Part shown: piece by piece, positions 22,561 to 33,608 of the stretch
Layout of the letters: the number at the start of each line of letters is the position of its first letter
Numbering within the stretch: the first letter of the stretch is position 1
From: Candidatus Bathyarchaeota archaeon
Lineage (GTDB): Archaea > Thermoproteota > Bathyarchaeia > Bathyarchaeales > Bathycorpusculaceae
Length of the DNA: 64,000 nucleotides
Direction: 5' to 3'
NCBI GenBank assembly: GCA_963768895.1
Contig: CAVYJU010000027.1
Coordinates: 22,534 to 86,533, forward strand
Made by a program: the position numbers and the translations under genes
The notes under the pieces: generated by a model
Told to the model about the DNA's origin: nothing
What the model saw: the letters and a program-made list of their open reading frames with translations, nothing else
The model's database searches: none

Positions 22561-22680
22561 CTATTGACTGTGACCTTGGATATCATCCAACTTGGCTTCA
22601 ATATTTCTCAATCGTTGTTCAATAAGTTCTAATCTTCTATCTATATCAGCCAATTTACCTAAGACAGCATACGCTTCCAA
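22561..22680 (-). CDS. 39-aa coiled-coil microprotein; not in ORF track
   Basis: GGGGAG RBS, TTG start, MEAYAVLGKLADIDRRLELIEQRLRNIEAKLDDIQGHSQ heptad pattern. Confidence 0.55.
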   Translation of the reverse strand: MEAYAVLGKLADIDRRLELIEQRLRNIEAKLDDIQGHSQ

Positions 22681-22808
22681 ATTACTCCCTCATTGACTTT
22701 ACTATCGTGCCAAGGTTATTTTGCCTTTTCCTTTTCAACTCTTAACTGGCTGTTTTCTTATTTAAGAAATATAAGGAAGCTCTCCTTCAAATCTAGATTG
22801 GGATTTAT

Positions 22809-24066
22809 TTGGATTTTGACATATTCAAAGAAGATGTTCAAAGGTTGGTTAGTCGTCGTTCTTTTTTGGAAAGTTTTGTTTTGCCAGATTACGAACAGTT
22901 CAACATCGCCAACATTGGTTCAGTTGTTGGGAAAATCTTTTCAGTTAAAGCTTCGGTGAAAGTGAATCTATCGGATGATGTAGTTGATGATTTTTCTGGC
23001 GTGGAGAAAGTCGTTCTTTTCGTGATTGATGGCCTTGGTTACAATCGCCTCGTGTCGCATATGGAGAAGTTTAAGATTTGCTTCTACGATTTAGCCGAAA
23101 GAGGCGTTTTGAAGGCTTTCTCAAGTTCTTTTCCCTCGACTACTTCGACCGCATTAACTAGCATCTTCACAGGTCTTCCGCCTTCAGTGCATGGGGTTAT
23201 AGGCTTCAACATGTATCTTCCCGATTACGGACTCATCTTCAACACATTAGAAATGGCCCCTGTCATCGGTTACAGCAGCGGAATTGATTTGGTTGATTTC
23301 TTTGCAGAGGCTTCTTTTCCATGGCCGCCTTTGTTCCTTGAGGCCGGTGTCAATGTTAAGACTTTTACCCGAAGGAATCTTGTCGGCAGCGGCTTATCAA
23401 AACTGATTCATAGACATCAGGATTTGGCTGGTTATGCTTTAGCTTCGGATATGATGGTTCAGGTGAAGCGGGCTCTTGAGCAGCCAGGACCTCTGCTTCT
23501 TAATCGTTTACTTCGGTGCAATTGACACCTTGGAACACTCATACGGTCCTTATTCAGAGGAAGTGTCAGCTGAGCTGCAACTCTTTGAAAACCTACTAAA
23601 AAGTCAGTTGATTGAAAAGCTCTCAGTCGTAACAAAGCAGAAAACGATGCTTCTAATAACCGCGGATCATGGTGTAGTGGAAACGGGGCAAACCCATTTT
23701 CTTAATGAACCACCCATTTCCAATCTTTTTCTTATACCACCAACGGGGGATATGCGGTCCACCTATTTTTTCCCAAAATATGGTCAGCAAGAACCGCTCA
23801 GGGAAGCTTTAGAAAACAGCCTTCAAGGTTTCCATGTGATGCGGTCAGAGGATCTTATTGAAAAAGGAGCGTTCGGTCCAATCAAAAACCTAGATAGGCT
23901 ACAAACAACTGTGGGGACCTTTACAGCATTGAGTCATAGCAAAAACATAATCCTCCACCAATACCATCCCCGAGAAACACCTCAAAGCCTATATGGCGCT
24001 CATGGCGGAATGACGCCTGAAGAAATGATTGTACCTCTACTGTCAATAAGACTCTCTAAATTTTGA
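22809..24066 (+). CDS. Alkaline phosphatase superfamily (nucleotide pyrophosphatase/phosphodiesterase); one frameshift
   Basis: IDGLG, FPSTT, D..EH.YGP, TADHG, GAHGG.TPEEM. Confidence 0.85.
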
Positions 24067-24119
24067 TTTTATTTGTAATAAATAAGTGTAGCGTAATAGA
24101 GATTTTTAAAAGGTGTTTA

Positions 24120-24374
24120 TCATTTTTTGTCTGTTTCTTTATTTCCAAACCATCGTATTCGCCATGATAAAATTTCTATCATTTGGCGCTCCAGTTCTTC
24201 GTATCTGTCTTTATACTCTTGGATCGCCCATTTGTGAGGAACATCAATTTCAAAATCTAATGATGGAAAATCTTGGTCTGCCTCATCCAAGACATCTCTA
24301 ATGTATTCTGGGGGAACAATCTTATTTGGTAAATACGGTTCAACAATCTGCTTCTCAAATTTGCCTTTATTCAT
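24120..24374 (-). CDS. Small hypothetical protein
   Basis: 84-aa ORF with GAGG upstream. Confidence 0.55.
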   Translation of the reverse strand: MNKGKFEKQIVEPYLPNKIVPPEYIRDVLDEADQDFPSLDFEIDVPHKWAIQEYKDRYEELERQMIEILSWRIRWFGNKETDKK

Positions 24375-24496
24375 CTAATTCCTCAAAAGAAATATCGATT
24401 CTTCCGCTAATATCCGTTGTGATAATGTTTGGTGACTTCTATACCGTTTTTTCTTTTCTTATAAACTAATTAAGCAGAAGCAACCAAGCTTCAAGC

Positions 24497-25847
24497 ATGA
24501 ATGCAGAAGTTCCAATAGCCCTAAGAGATCTAATCACACATTTTGTAGAAACTTACAGTAGCGTTCCCGACATAGAGCTTAACTTAGAAAATACAAAACA
24601 GCATTTCATGCCTTTAGACAATTATGATGCAAGAAAAGAAGCGGCACACTACTTTCTACTTTCGGCAGCATTGAGCGATTTTGGGCTAACCGGAAATCCA
24701 AGAAACACAAGCTTACTACTCAATCATCTTTCTTCTACATTTGAAAGTAAACTTTATGCAATAAAGAATCCTGACGAATTTGTGCAAGAAATTACTAAGT
24801 TTGAATACAATTATCAAAAACTGGATCATTTAGGTAAAGCAAAAGCGCAAATCCCTTATGTATTGTGCTCAGTTAACAAATTCGTAGAGGAGAAAGCTAA
24901 CGGCGACCTCATTGATTTCGCCACTAAATTAAACCAAAAGGGTAGAAAACCCAAAGATTTCGTTGAGCAGTTATCGTACAAGGTCAAAGGGTATGAATAA
25001 GCAGCATACTTCAAAATCTTGGCTTTATCTGCGCTGGATGGTTCGAGGCTCACCTGATCTTGGGCTATTCCAATTTGATCCTAAAGATTTGATGGTGCCG
25101 TTAACGACTCCAAAACTTAGAGTCTACGTTGCGTTGGGTTTAAGTAATAACGAAAACTTGCCCTTAATGTTAAATAGAAAGAATAGACCAGAAAGTTGGT
25201 GGAAAAACACTGCCGAATTTGATTCAGATGCAGAACGTTTAACCAACTTTGCACGCGCACTCTTTCCTTTAGATCCAGCAAAAATTGATTTCCCCTTTTT
25301 CATGCTTGGAACTTGGCTAGAATATTCTGACTTGACATTGACTTCACTAGAAAAATCCATGCGTTTTTTCATTCAAAAATACCAAGATTTAGTACAACCG
25401 CTTGTTCAGTACTTAAGTGTCGTTTCGCATTACAATCGAGTTGGCGAGGTCATCGCTGAACCGGGCGCATTCAGCGGATTTGAAAGAGATGTTTTTGATT
25501 TTCTGAAAAGCAAGCAGGTCATTTTTCATTACGAATTCATGGAATTCCGCTTGTCCAAAGATAATCCCTTGCTAACATACAAGCCGGACTTTCTTCTTCC
25601 ACAATTTACTGATAGGGGCCGAAAGGTGTTGCTTGAACCGCACGGCATTAAAGCTAACATAATTGAAGTCCTTGTCAAACTTTCAATTTTTCGAAAACAA
25701 TACGGCGAATATTTTTGTCTTGTGTTAATTGTTCCAGACGATTTAGTTGAAATAATTGATCGAATGGATCCTGATCATAATTCGTGCGATTATTTGTGGC
25801 GGCAGAGTACCTATAAAACACAATTCGAAAACTTTCATAAGACTTAG
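24497..25847 (+). CDS. DUF2400/HhH-like domain fused to PD-(D/E)XK nuclease-like domain; one frameshift
   Basis: WLYLRWMVR..PDLG, L..P, DPAK.DF (DUF2400-like); FE..V..FL..YE..YKPDFLL..EPHG (PD-(D/E)XK-like). Confidence 0.65.
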
Positions 25848-25952
25848 GCAAGAGCTTTTTCCTCTAAACCTGCGACAGTTGAGAATCGCGACGATCATTG
25901 AGAGATAATGAAGGATCTCGTGATTCACCACGATTTCTGACAAATAATGATG

Positions 25953-26001
25953 CAACTTGCGAACGTTCAAACCCTAAGTCAAAAAGCAAGCCAAAACAAG
26001 C
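25953..26001 (+). repeat. Dispersed intergenic repeat copy A
   Basis: CAACTTGCGAACGTTCAAACCCTAAGTCAAAAAGCAAGCCAAAACAAGC matches the core of the other copies. Confidence 0.6.
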
Positions 26002-26086
26002 TGAATAAACATGTCCTGAGGAGTTTTTAATGAGTAACCTGCAGAAATAAAATCAACTTTAATCTATTGAGAAGTTAGGAGTCGCG

Positions 26087-26515
26087 TTAAATTATGTTGA
26101 ATATTTGTATTGTTAAGCCTATTATTAGTGTGATAAGCCAAATTATGAAAGTAGGTATCATTAGTTTCCAGGTTTTTGAGCATCCGAGTTCTCCTAGGGG
26201 ATGAGTTATCCAAGAAATAATAATTGCAAAACCTAAAGTTAAAGCGGTTATTCCTAAGGCAACATGCAGCCAAACAACCGCTGACTGCACAAGCGGCAAA
26301 TTTACAGTTAGTGCCAAACGATTACTCAAGGTAGGAATCATTACCGTGAATACAGTGGCAAGGTTTAAGGCAAGGGCCAAGATGCTCAGGAATCCATGTA
26401 TAATGAGATTTCTGTTCTTTGTTCTTATTCTGTAAGGATAAACTCCTATTACAAGCAAGATTAACGCTATGACTTGAACTACAGAAACAATGTTGCCTTG
26501 AAGGTCAAGCACCAT
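26087..26515 (-). CDS. 4-TM membrane protein (DUF420-like)
   Basis: Four hydrophobic helices with His residues (IIHG, WLHV). Confidence 0.6.
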   Translation of the reverse strand: MVLDLQGNIVSVVQVIALILLVIGVYPYRIRTKNRNLIIHGFLSILALALNLATVFTVMIPTLSNRLALTVNLPLVQSAVVWLHVALGITALTLGFAIIISWITHPLGELGCSKTWKLMIPTFIIWLITLIIGLTIQIFNII

Positions 26516-26766
26516 AATTGTTATCCTCACTGCGGGTATAAGAATTGTTTGTTGATGCTATTTTATCGGCAATAAAATAACAGCAAATTATAGATCTTTT
26601 AGTTTTGCTGAGACTCTGGAAACAAAAGGAGAAAAATGTACAAGCTCAATCACTAGCTAAGGCTATCTTGTGAATTTTAGCCAGAACCTACTCAGCAACA
26701 GTTTTAATCGTTTCGTTTAAAAACTAAAAAAAGAAAAGAGGTTTGATTGTTGTTTAGTGTTTAAGG

Positions 26767-29589
26767 TTATTTCTTCAGTCGCATTACTATTACTATGCCT
26801 ACTATGGCTATTGCGATGATTATGGCAATTGCTGCTGCGACTATGTATGTCATTAGGTCCGCTGATGTTGCTAGACCTGATTGAGGTGCAGCAGTTGGTG
26901 CTGGTGTTGTTGTAGCGCTGGCGTAGAGGTATGTTTGGGCTGTGGACCCGTAGTATGCTTCTGACCCTGAAAACGTTGCGATGATGGTATACGAGCCAGA
27001 AATATCAGGTTTCCAAGTTAAACCATACGAGCCTGTACCGTCGCTTGTGGTTTGGCCAATGCTTCTGTAGTTGCCGTTTGAGTCAATAACGCTTAGGGTA
27101 ACTGGAACTCCTGTTACGTTATGCGGGATTGGCTGTTGCATATAAACAGCTGCCATAAACGAGCTCATGCTTGCGTCAGAAACTGCTGGAAGACCGTTGT
27201 GGAAGTTTGCTGCGACTGCTTCTTGCTGTGAGCCTGCTGAAACGTCCATCACTGTGCCTGTTATAGTCACTGATGTGCCAGTTGTTACTCCAACGCTAGG
27301 TGCATTAACCGTAGTAGTGGTTGGTCCTTGGCCGTAAGCGTATATTTGGTTGTCATAAGCGTTTAGTGTTGTCATGATGCCGTATGCTAATTCAGGGTTT
27401 GCATCAACGTCGAAAGAAGGTATGCTCCATGCTAGCTGTCCAGTTGTTGTGTTCAATGCCAGTAGTTGTGCTCCAAGGAACAATGGTGGGGCGTATTCGT
27501 GTCCTACTTCAAGCCATTCTATTCCGCCGCCTCCGCCGATGCCTGTTTGTACCCAGATAGGCCAAACGCCATATGGGGTGTTAGAGCCTGCATCGCCCAT
27601 GAGTTTTGTTGTGTTGGTGTACCAGTTAACTTTGCCATCAGCCATGTTGACAGACCATGCGTCTCCTCCGAATCCGAAGAGTAGGAAGCTGTTGCCGTAA
27701 ACATTTCCTTTGATTCCGCCGACGGTATCATAAGGATTGATTGGTGCGCCATTGTCGCCTGTGAGTGTTGTTTGCCATGCTTGTTTGCCTGTTTGAACGC
27801 TGAATGCTGTGACCTGTCCAGTTTCTTTGATGACTGTGGTGAAGAGTCCGTCTGCAACGTTGCCGTAGTTGTCTAGGTTTACTGCTGTGTAAGGAGTGAA
27901 GCTTTCATTTTGGACGAATAGCTGGGTTCCAGTGTTTATATCGTAACCTGTGAAGACTGTGGATCCTCTTTGGAAGTAGTTTGTGAGCCCTGCGTTATCT
28001 GCTGAATAAAGAATCGCTACGCCGCTGTCAACGCCCATGATTGTCCAAGTGTTTGGCAATGTAGCATTGTTTGCGTATGCACCAACTGGTACAGTGCCGG
28101 GTAGTTGCCATGCAGATTGTATCCCATATGAAAATGGAATCAGCGAACCTTGTACGGGTCTCCATTGCCAGCCTGAAGCCGATCCTAATGACCAGCCTGC
28201 ACCTTCCATAATACATTGTGTTGAGTTCCAAGCTTCGAGTAGTGAGTTGCCTGCAGTGTTAGTGACTTTTGTCGGTGCTGGTCCAGTAATTGGCTGAATT
28301 TGACCGTAGATTGTTTGTGTGCCAACGGTCGTATTTGTGTAGTAAGATATCAAATCTCCACTTGCGTCTACAGTATTTCCATAACTGAAACCTGTGCCGT
28401 TGACAATGCTGAGAATGTATTTTCCGGTCATGGCGTCAAACATGTTCAGGGTTGTCCCAGTTAAGTTCATGACACTTGGAGTTATCCATGCAGGATTCCC
28501 TGTTGTCCATAGATATGCGATTCCTCCGTATTGGTTAGGTGACACGTAATCAAGTACTTGACCACATGTAAATGGCGTAACGACACCAGTTGTTGTTAGC
28601 ATATTCTGTGTTGGACTGCCGCCATCGTAGTTGCTCGCATCATTAGTCCATATCGTTTTTCCAGTGAATAAGTCAACTGCGACGTTAGCTATTGGACTAG
28701 TTGAGCTTCCTGGGAATTGAGTGTAGTAAAGATAGCCGTTGATGACTATTGGATCGTATTTGCGTTCGTATTGAGAGGTTGAGTAATAGTTGCCATATGT
28801 TGTTGTTCCGCCTGCGTCTCCGCCGATTGTGCCTCCGAAAGCTACTGGTCTTGTCCACATGATGTGGGATGATTGTGGTGCTAAAGAGTATGGGTTAAAG
28901 TTTGTTGTGGTATTGTAGTTGGAAGCGCCTTTACCTGCACTGTAACCAATATAGAGGCCAAGATAGGGGCCGCCAATTGCGTACCAGTTCTGAACATTCA
29001 TTGCGTTTATTGGGGTTTGCCAATAAGATGTTGGAAGCGGAGCTCCTGTGACATATGGTATTTGCTGCTGTTGTACTGTAAGCGTTGCTACTGGGCTTGT
29101 TGCCGGCAAAAGTGTGTCGTTTATGTAAGCAGTATTACTGATGAGACCACTGTTTGGGCTGACACCTACTGAGAATGGGTTGTTAGTTGATCCAGTAAGA
29201 GTTTCACCCGGGAAAGTCATCTGGAATTGGTAGGTACCGACTTCAGTGGGTGTATATCGGGTACTTGTTCCTCCCGTGTCGTCTGATATGAAAGGTCCAA
29301 GTGTTTCGTTTGTTCCGTCAGGTTTAATCACATGTACAGTAAAAGGACCAAATCTGTCGCCATATGGACCGCCTGCTGTCATTGGTGGCTCATTGAGAAA
29401 GAAGCCGAGAGTAACAGTTTGACCGATGCCTGCAGGGTTAGGTGCCACATTAATGAAAGCAAAGAGTTGAATGTTTTGTGAGGGAGTGTGTGCACTAGCG
29501 TTTGGCAGTAGCATCATTGAAGCTCCCATTGAAATTATTAACAAAATTGCAATCGAAATAGCTGTGGTTTTGTTTTTACTAATTTGCAT
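26767..29589 (-). CDS. Large surface protein with PQQ-like beta-propeller repeats and C-terminal TM anchor
   Basis: Intact 940 aa; signal peptide, paralog motifs, C-terminal TM + RLKK. Confidence 0.9.
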   Translation of the reverse strand: MQISKNKTTAISIAILLIISMGASMMLLPNASAHTPSQNIQLFAFINVAPNPAGIGQTVTLGFFLNEPPMTAGGPYGDRFGPFTVHVIKPDGTNETLGPFISDDTGGTSTRYTPTEVGTYQFQMTFPGETLTGSTNNPFSVGVSPNSGLISNTAYINDTLLPATSPVATLTVQQQQIPYVTGAPLPTSYWQTPINAMNVQNWYAIGGPYLGLYIGYSAGKGASNYNTTTNFNPYSLAPQSSHIMWTRPVAFGGTIGGDAGGTTTYGNYYSTSQYERKYDPIVINGYLYYTQFPGSSTSPIANVAVDLFTGKTIWTNDASNYDGGSPTQNMLTTTGVVTPFTCGQVLDYVSPNQYGGIAYLWTTGNPAWITPSVMNLTGTTLNMFDAMTGKYILSIVNGTGFSYGNTVDASGDLISYYTNTTVGTQTIYGQIQPITGPAPTKVTNTAGNSLLEAWNSTQCIMEGAGWSLGSASGWQWRPVQGSLIPFSYGIQSAWQLPGTVPVGAYANNATLPNTWTIMGVDSGVAILYSADNAGLTNYFQRGSTVFTGYDINTGTQLFVQNESFTPYTAVNLDNYGNVADGLFTTVIKETGQVTAFSVQTGKQAWQTTLTGDNGAPINPYDTVGGIKGNVYGNSFLLFGFGGDAWSVNMADGKVNWYTNTTKLMGDAGSNTPYGVWPIWVQTGIGGGGGIEWLEVGHEYAPPLFLGAQLLALNTTTGQLAWSIPSFDVDANPELAYGIMTTLNAYDNQIYAYGQGPTTTTVNAPSVGVTTGTSVTITGTVMDVSAGSQQEAVAANFHNGLPAVSDASMSSFMAAVYMQQPIPHNVTGVPVTLSVIDSNGNYRSIGQTTSDGTGSYGLTWKPDISGSYTIIATFSGSEAYYGSTAQTYLYASATTTPAPTAAPQSGLATSADLMTYIVAAAIAIIIAIAIVGIVIVMRLKK

Positions 29590-29627
29590 TTTTTTTTCTC
29601 CTTATATTTTTCAATTTGTTTATTTTT

Positions 29628-29683
29628 TTGACGAAAGCACAAAACCTACCGTTTCCGGTAAGAAAAAATGATGCTTTCGTCAA
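29628..29683 (-). promoter_or_regulatory. 5' leader hairpin with GAAA tetraloop
   Basis: 12-bp perfect inverted repeat TTGACGAAAGCA/TGCTTTCGTCAA enclosing CUUACCG-GAAA-CGGUAGG. Confidence 0.7.
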
Positions 29684-29908
29684 GCCCAAATTGAACTGCA
29701 ATGGTGCTAATAAGTTTTCTTAATTCGAATTTGAAGGGAACATTGTCTTAAACCGTATCAGAAAAATATTTTTCGGATTCATAAGTGGAAATGAAGGCTA
29801 ATCTTCGACACGAATAGTTGAGATGTTCAATCGAGTGCAAGGAAAATATATAAATTATAGAAACTATGTACATTATTTTGCGTTAAAGCATTTTTTTTGG
29901 TGATTAAA

Positions 29909-30022
29909 ATGGTTGATTACTCTCACGCAGAAAGAGCTTTCATCGAAGCTGAAAGAAAATGGGTTGAATTAAGTCACAGATTAACCGATGAACAAATTAC
30001 CAGATTAAGAAAAAGCACATAA
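29909..30022 (+). CDS. 37-aa microprotein; not in ORF track
   Basis: GGTGA RBS; MVDYSHAERAFIEAERKWVELSHRLTDEQITRLRKST; pyrimidine tract after the stop. Confidence 0.55.
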   Translation: MVDYSHAERAFIEAERKWVELSHRLTDEQITRLRKST

Positions 30023-30203
30023 CCACCCTTCTTCTCTTTTGTTGCCAAATTTCACTCAAGTGTTAGGAAGACATTCTTCTCCGAACCTAAATTACCAGTT
30101 GTTGTATTCAATTAGTCAAAACGATTTCAGGAAAATTTTTAAGCAAGTCTTAAACGTATATTAAGACGCATCATATAAGATATAAAACAGGAAGTGATGA
30201 ACA

Positions 30204-30326
30204 ATGGACCGCGCGTATATCCTACCCTGCCAGAAAACCAATTTTAGAAGTTGCGAGGGATGTCCAGAAGTTGATTGTAGCAAGAGGCATTACCTATGCT
30301 TAGAAGTTCAACCAATTCATGCCTAG
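30204..30326 (+). CDS. 40-aa Cys-rich microprotein; not in ORF track
   Basis: MDRAYILPCQKTNFRSCEGCPEVDCSKRHYLCLEVQPIHA; GAAGTGA upstream. Confidence 0.45.
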   Translation: MDRAYILPCQKTNFRSCEGCPEVDCSKRHYLCLEVQPIHA

Positions 30327-30468
30327 ATTAACTGTAGAGATTCGATCAAAAAAACTAGTTTTTATTAACTAAATATTTTTATTATTCTAAAGTATGAAAT
30401 TGTTCGTTTATTGCAGAATAATAAATATAATTGAATTCGAGATTGCTTTTGTAAGTAGGAGATTGTAA

Positions 30469-33063
30469 TTGGACTTGAATAATTTTACCATTAAATCTCA
30501 AGAAGCGATTCAGAAAGCTGCGGAAATCGCTACGGCAAAACAGAACCAGTCAATTGAGCCTTCACATTTGTTGAAAGCGATATTGATGATTGATGAGAAT
30601 GTAGTTCCCTATTTGTTGAAAAAATTAAATGTTAACTTTGATGTTTTTTCAAAAGAGCTTGATAAGGTAATTGACTGTTTACCTAAGGTCAGTGGTGGAC
30701 AGCAATATCTTTCATCGAATTCTAATCGAGTCCTCCAAAAGGCGGCAGAGATAGCTTCTGAAGGCAAAGATGAATTTATTTCCATCGAGCAACTGTTACT
30801 TGGGATCTTGGCTTTAAATGATTCAGCTTCAAGATTACTCCACGAAAATGGAGTCACCGAAAAAGACTTAAAAACAGCAATCAAGCAACTGCGCAAAGGC
30901 TCAACAGTTAATTCTCAAACTGCAGAAGAAACCTATAATGCGCTAAGCAAATATGCGATCAACTTAAATGACATGGCTAGAAAAGGCAAGCTTGATCCCG
31001 TTATTGGCCGCGATGAGGAAATCAGACGAGTTCTTCAGATCTTATCGCGGAGAACAAAAAATAATCCAATTCTAATTGGGGAGCCAGGCGTTGGCAAAAC
31101 AGCAATTGCAGAAGGACTAGCTCATCGAATAATTGACGGAGATGTCCCCGAAAATCTGAAATCAAAACAAATTTATTCACTAGACATGAGCGCGCTTATT
31201 GCCGGCGCAAAATATAAGGGTGAATTTGAAGAGCGACTCAAAAGTGTTGTTAAAGAAGTTGTTTCTGCTGAGGGCGAAATAGTGCTATTTATCGATGAGA
31301 TTCACACGCTCGTAGGCGCAGGTGGCGGTGAAGGTGCAATGGACGCTGCAAACATACTAAAACCCGCATTAGCAAGGGGGGAACTTCGAGCAATCGGCGC
31401 CACAACGCTGAATGAATATCAGAAGTATTTTGAAAAAGACAAAGCTCTTGAAAGACGGTTCCAACCGGTAATGGTCAATGAACCAGACACATTAGATGCT
31501 ATTTCAATTCTTCGTGGTCTAAAAGAACGTTACGAAACGTATCATCATGTCAGAATCAAAGATGAGGCAATTATTGCCGCGGTTGAACTCTCACAAAGAT
31601 ACATTTCTGACCGTTTTCTTCCAGATAAAGCAATAGACTTGATTGATGAAGCCGCATCAAAACTTCGACTTGAAATCAATTCTGAGCCTGAAGAACTCGA
31701 AGTAAAAGATCGCCGAATTCGCCAGTTGGAAATTGAGAGAGAAGCTATAAAACGTGAGAAAGATCAGGCAAAACTTAAGTTGCTCAATGAAGAAATCGCT
31801 AACTTGAGTGAAGAACGTAATCAACTTCGTGCTAAATGGCAGTCAGAAAAAGATATAGTCGAACAAATTCAGAACAAAAAGAAGGAGATCGAACAATTAA
31901 AGTTTGAAGACGAGAGAGCAAACCGAAATGGAGATCTAGGACGCGTTGCAGAAATTCGCTACGGCAATATTCCAGAAGCAGAAAAAACAATTGAAACTCT
32001 GAAGAAGAAACTGTCAGAATTGCAGAAAGATTCAGCTATGGTAAATGAAGAAGTTGATGCTGAAGAAATCGCCGAAGTAGTTTCTCGTTGGACAGGTATC
32101 CCGGTTAGCAGAATGCTTCAGAGTGAAAAACAAAAACTGCTTAATTTGGAAACAGAGCTTCACATGCGGGTCGTTGGACAAGATGAAGCGGTCAATGCTG
32201 TGGCGGATGCTATTAGGAGACACCGCGCAGGGTTGCAGGATCCCAAACGACCAATCGGATCTTTCATCTTTTTAGGCACTACAGGAGTTGGAAAAACCGA
32301 ATTAGCAAAAGCATTAGCAGAATTCCTATTTAACAATGAAAACAGCATGATCAGAATTGACATGTCTGAGTATCAGGAACGACACACGGTCTCAAGACTC
32401 ATTGGTGCACCTCCTGGATACGTAGGATATGAAGAAAGCGGACAACTAACCGAAGCTGTCCGAAGAAAACCATACTCGGTGTTGCTTCTAGATGAGATTG
32501 AAAAAGCACACCCTGACGTTTTCAACATACTGCTCCAAGTACTTGACGACGGCAGATTAACGGATAATAAGGGTCGCACCGTGGATTTCAAAAACACCAT
32601 AATCATCATGACCTCAAACATCGGCTCTCACTTAATCCAGGAAAACCTAGAAAAAATAAATGAAGAAAATCGTGAGGAAATAATAAATCAAACAAGAACT
32701 CAAGTCTTTGAGTTGCTGAAAAGAAGTATCAAGCCAGAATTTCTTAATCGTATCGACGAAATAATCATGTTCCAATCGTTAACGCGCGAAGAAGTAAGAA
32801 AAATAGTGGGACTTCAACTAAGAAACGTTCAAAAAATGCTCGAAAAAACTAACATCAAACTAACAATCGCCAAGAAAGCCGTTGATTTCATCGCAAATAT
32901 CGGATTTGACCCTCAATTTGGAGCCAGACCAATAAAACGTGTTATTCAAAAAAATTTACTAAACGAATTATCAAAAATGATATTGCAAGAAAAAGTCGAC
33001 AAAGACACGGAAATAATAGTCGATGAAAAGAACGGTGAGTTGATTTTCAAAAATAGAAAATAA
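30469..33063 (+). CDS. clpB: ATP-dependent disaggregase ClpB
   Basis: Clp N domain, Walker A GEPGVGKT and GTTGVGKT, middle coiled coil, GAPPGYVGY, FGARP. Confidence 0.97.
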   Translation: MDLNNFTIKSQEAIQKAAEIATAKQNQSIEPSHLLKAILMIDENVVPYLLKKLNVNFDVFSKELDKVIDCLPKVSGGQQYLSSNSNRVLQKAAEIASEGKDEFISIEQLLLGILALNDSASRLLHENGVTEKDLKTAIKQLRKGSTVNSQTAEETYNALSKYAINLNDMARKGKLDPVIGRDEEIRRVLQILSRRTKNNPILIGEPGVGKTAIAEGLAHRIIDGDVPENLKSKQIYSLDMSALIAGAKYKGEFEERLKSVVKEVVSAEGEIVLFIDEIHTLVGAGGGEGAMDAANILKPALARGELRAIGATTLNEYQKYFEKDKALERRFQPVMVNEPDTLDAISILRGLKERYETYHHVRIKDEAIIAAVELSQRYISDRFLPDKAIDLIDEAASKLRLEINSEPEELEVKDRRIRQLEIEREAIKREKDQAKLKLLNEEIANLSEERNQLRAKWQSEKDIVEQIQNKKKEIEQLKFEDERANRNGDLGRVAEIRYGNIPEAEKTIETLKKKLSELQKDSAMVNEEVDAEEIAEVVSRWTGIPVSRMLQSEKQKLLNLETELHMRVVGQDEAVNAVADAIRRHRAGLQDPKRPIGSFIFLGTTGVGKTELAKALAEFLFNNENSMIRIDMSEYQERHTVSRLIGAPPGYVGYEESGQLTEAVRRKPYSVLLLDEIEKAHPDVFNILLQVLDDGRLTDNKGRTVDFKNTIIIMTSNIGSHLIQENLEKINEENREEIINQTRTQVFELLKRSIKPEFLNRIDEIIMFQSLTREEVRKIVGLQLRNVQKMLEKTNIKLTIAKKAVDFIANIGFDPQFGARPIKRVIQKNLLNELSKMILQEKVDKDTEIIVDEKNGELIFKNRK

Positions 33064-33176
33064 ATATTGTTTCAAAATCCAAACACCTTAACTTTTCTTA
33101 TTCAAGAAGTTGACCGCGCTAGGGTTGAAGAAAACTATTTGGGCTTTCGTCTCTACTCTAAGAAGCCAATATCTAA

Positions 33177-33608
33177 TTAGCTTAATTTTTGAGCGACTCT
33201 CTTCCCTAGATCAATACAAACGTCAAGAGCTTTTTGATCAGGATTGTATTTAGCTCGGATAGGTGGTTCTATAACTTGCATTTCAAATTTCTTTAGTATT
33301 TCTACGACAGCTTGAGGTGCCTCTCCGCTCCATCCATATGATCCGAAAACACCGCCAATCTTGTTCTTTAAGTTTATCTGTTTTGCTGAAATTTCTTCGA
33401 AGAGATTTTTGAAGTCGATGGGCATCTGAGTATGGTACGTAGGTGTACCAACGATTATAGCATCGTAATTTGATAATTCATCTGCTTCGACATGGTAGCT
33501 TAGGTCAACAGTTAAGTTTTTGTCGCTTTTGGCCCCTTCTACAACGGCTTTTGCCATCTTTTCAGTATTGCCCGAACGGCTGTAATAAATAACTAGTACT
33601 TTTCTCAT
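33177..33608 (-). CDS. Flavodoxin-domain protein
   Basis: YYSRSGNTEKMA, GTPTY, FGSYGWSG. Confidence 0.9.
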   Translation of the reverse strand: MRKVLVIYYSRSGNTEKMAKAVVEGAKSDKNLTVDLSYHVEADELSNYDAIIVGTPTYHTQMPIDFKNLFEEISAKQINLKNKIGGVFGSYGWSGEAPQAVVEILKKFEMQVIEPPIRAKYNPDQKALDVCIDLGKRVAQKLS

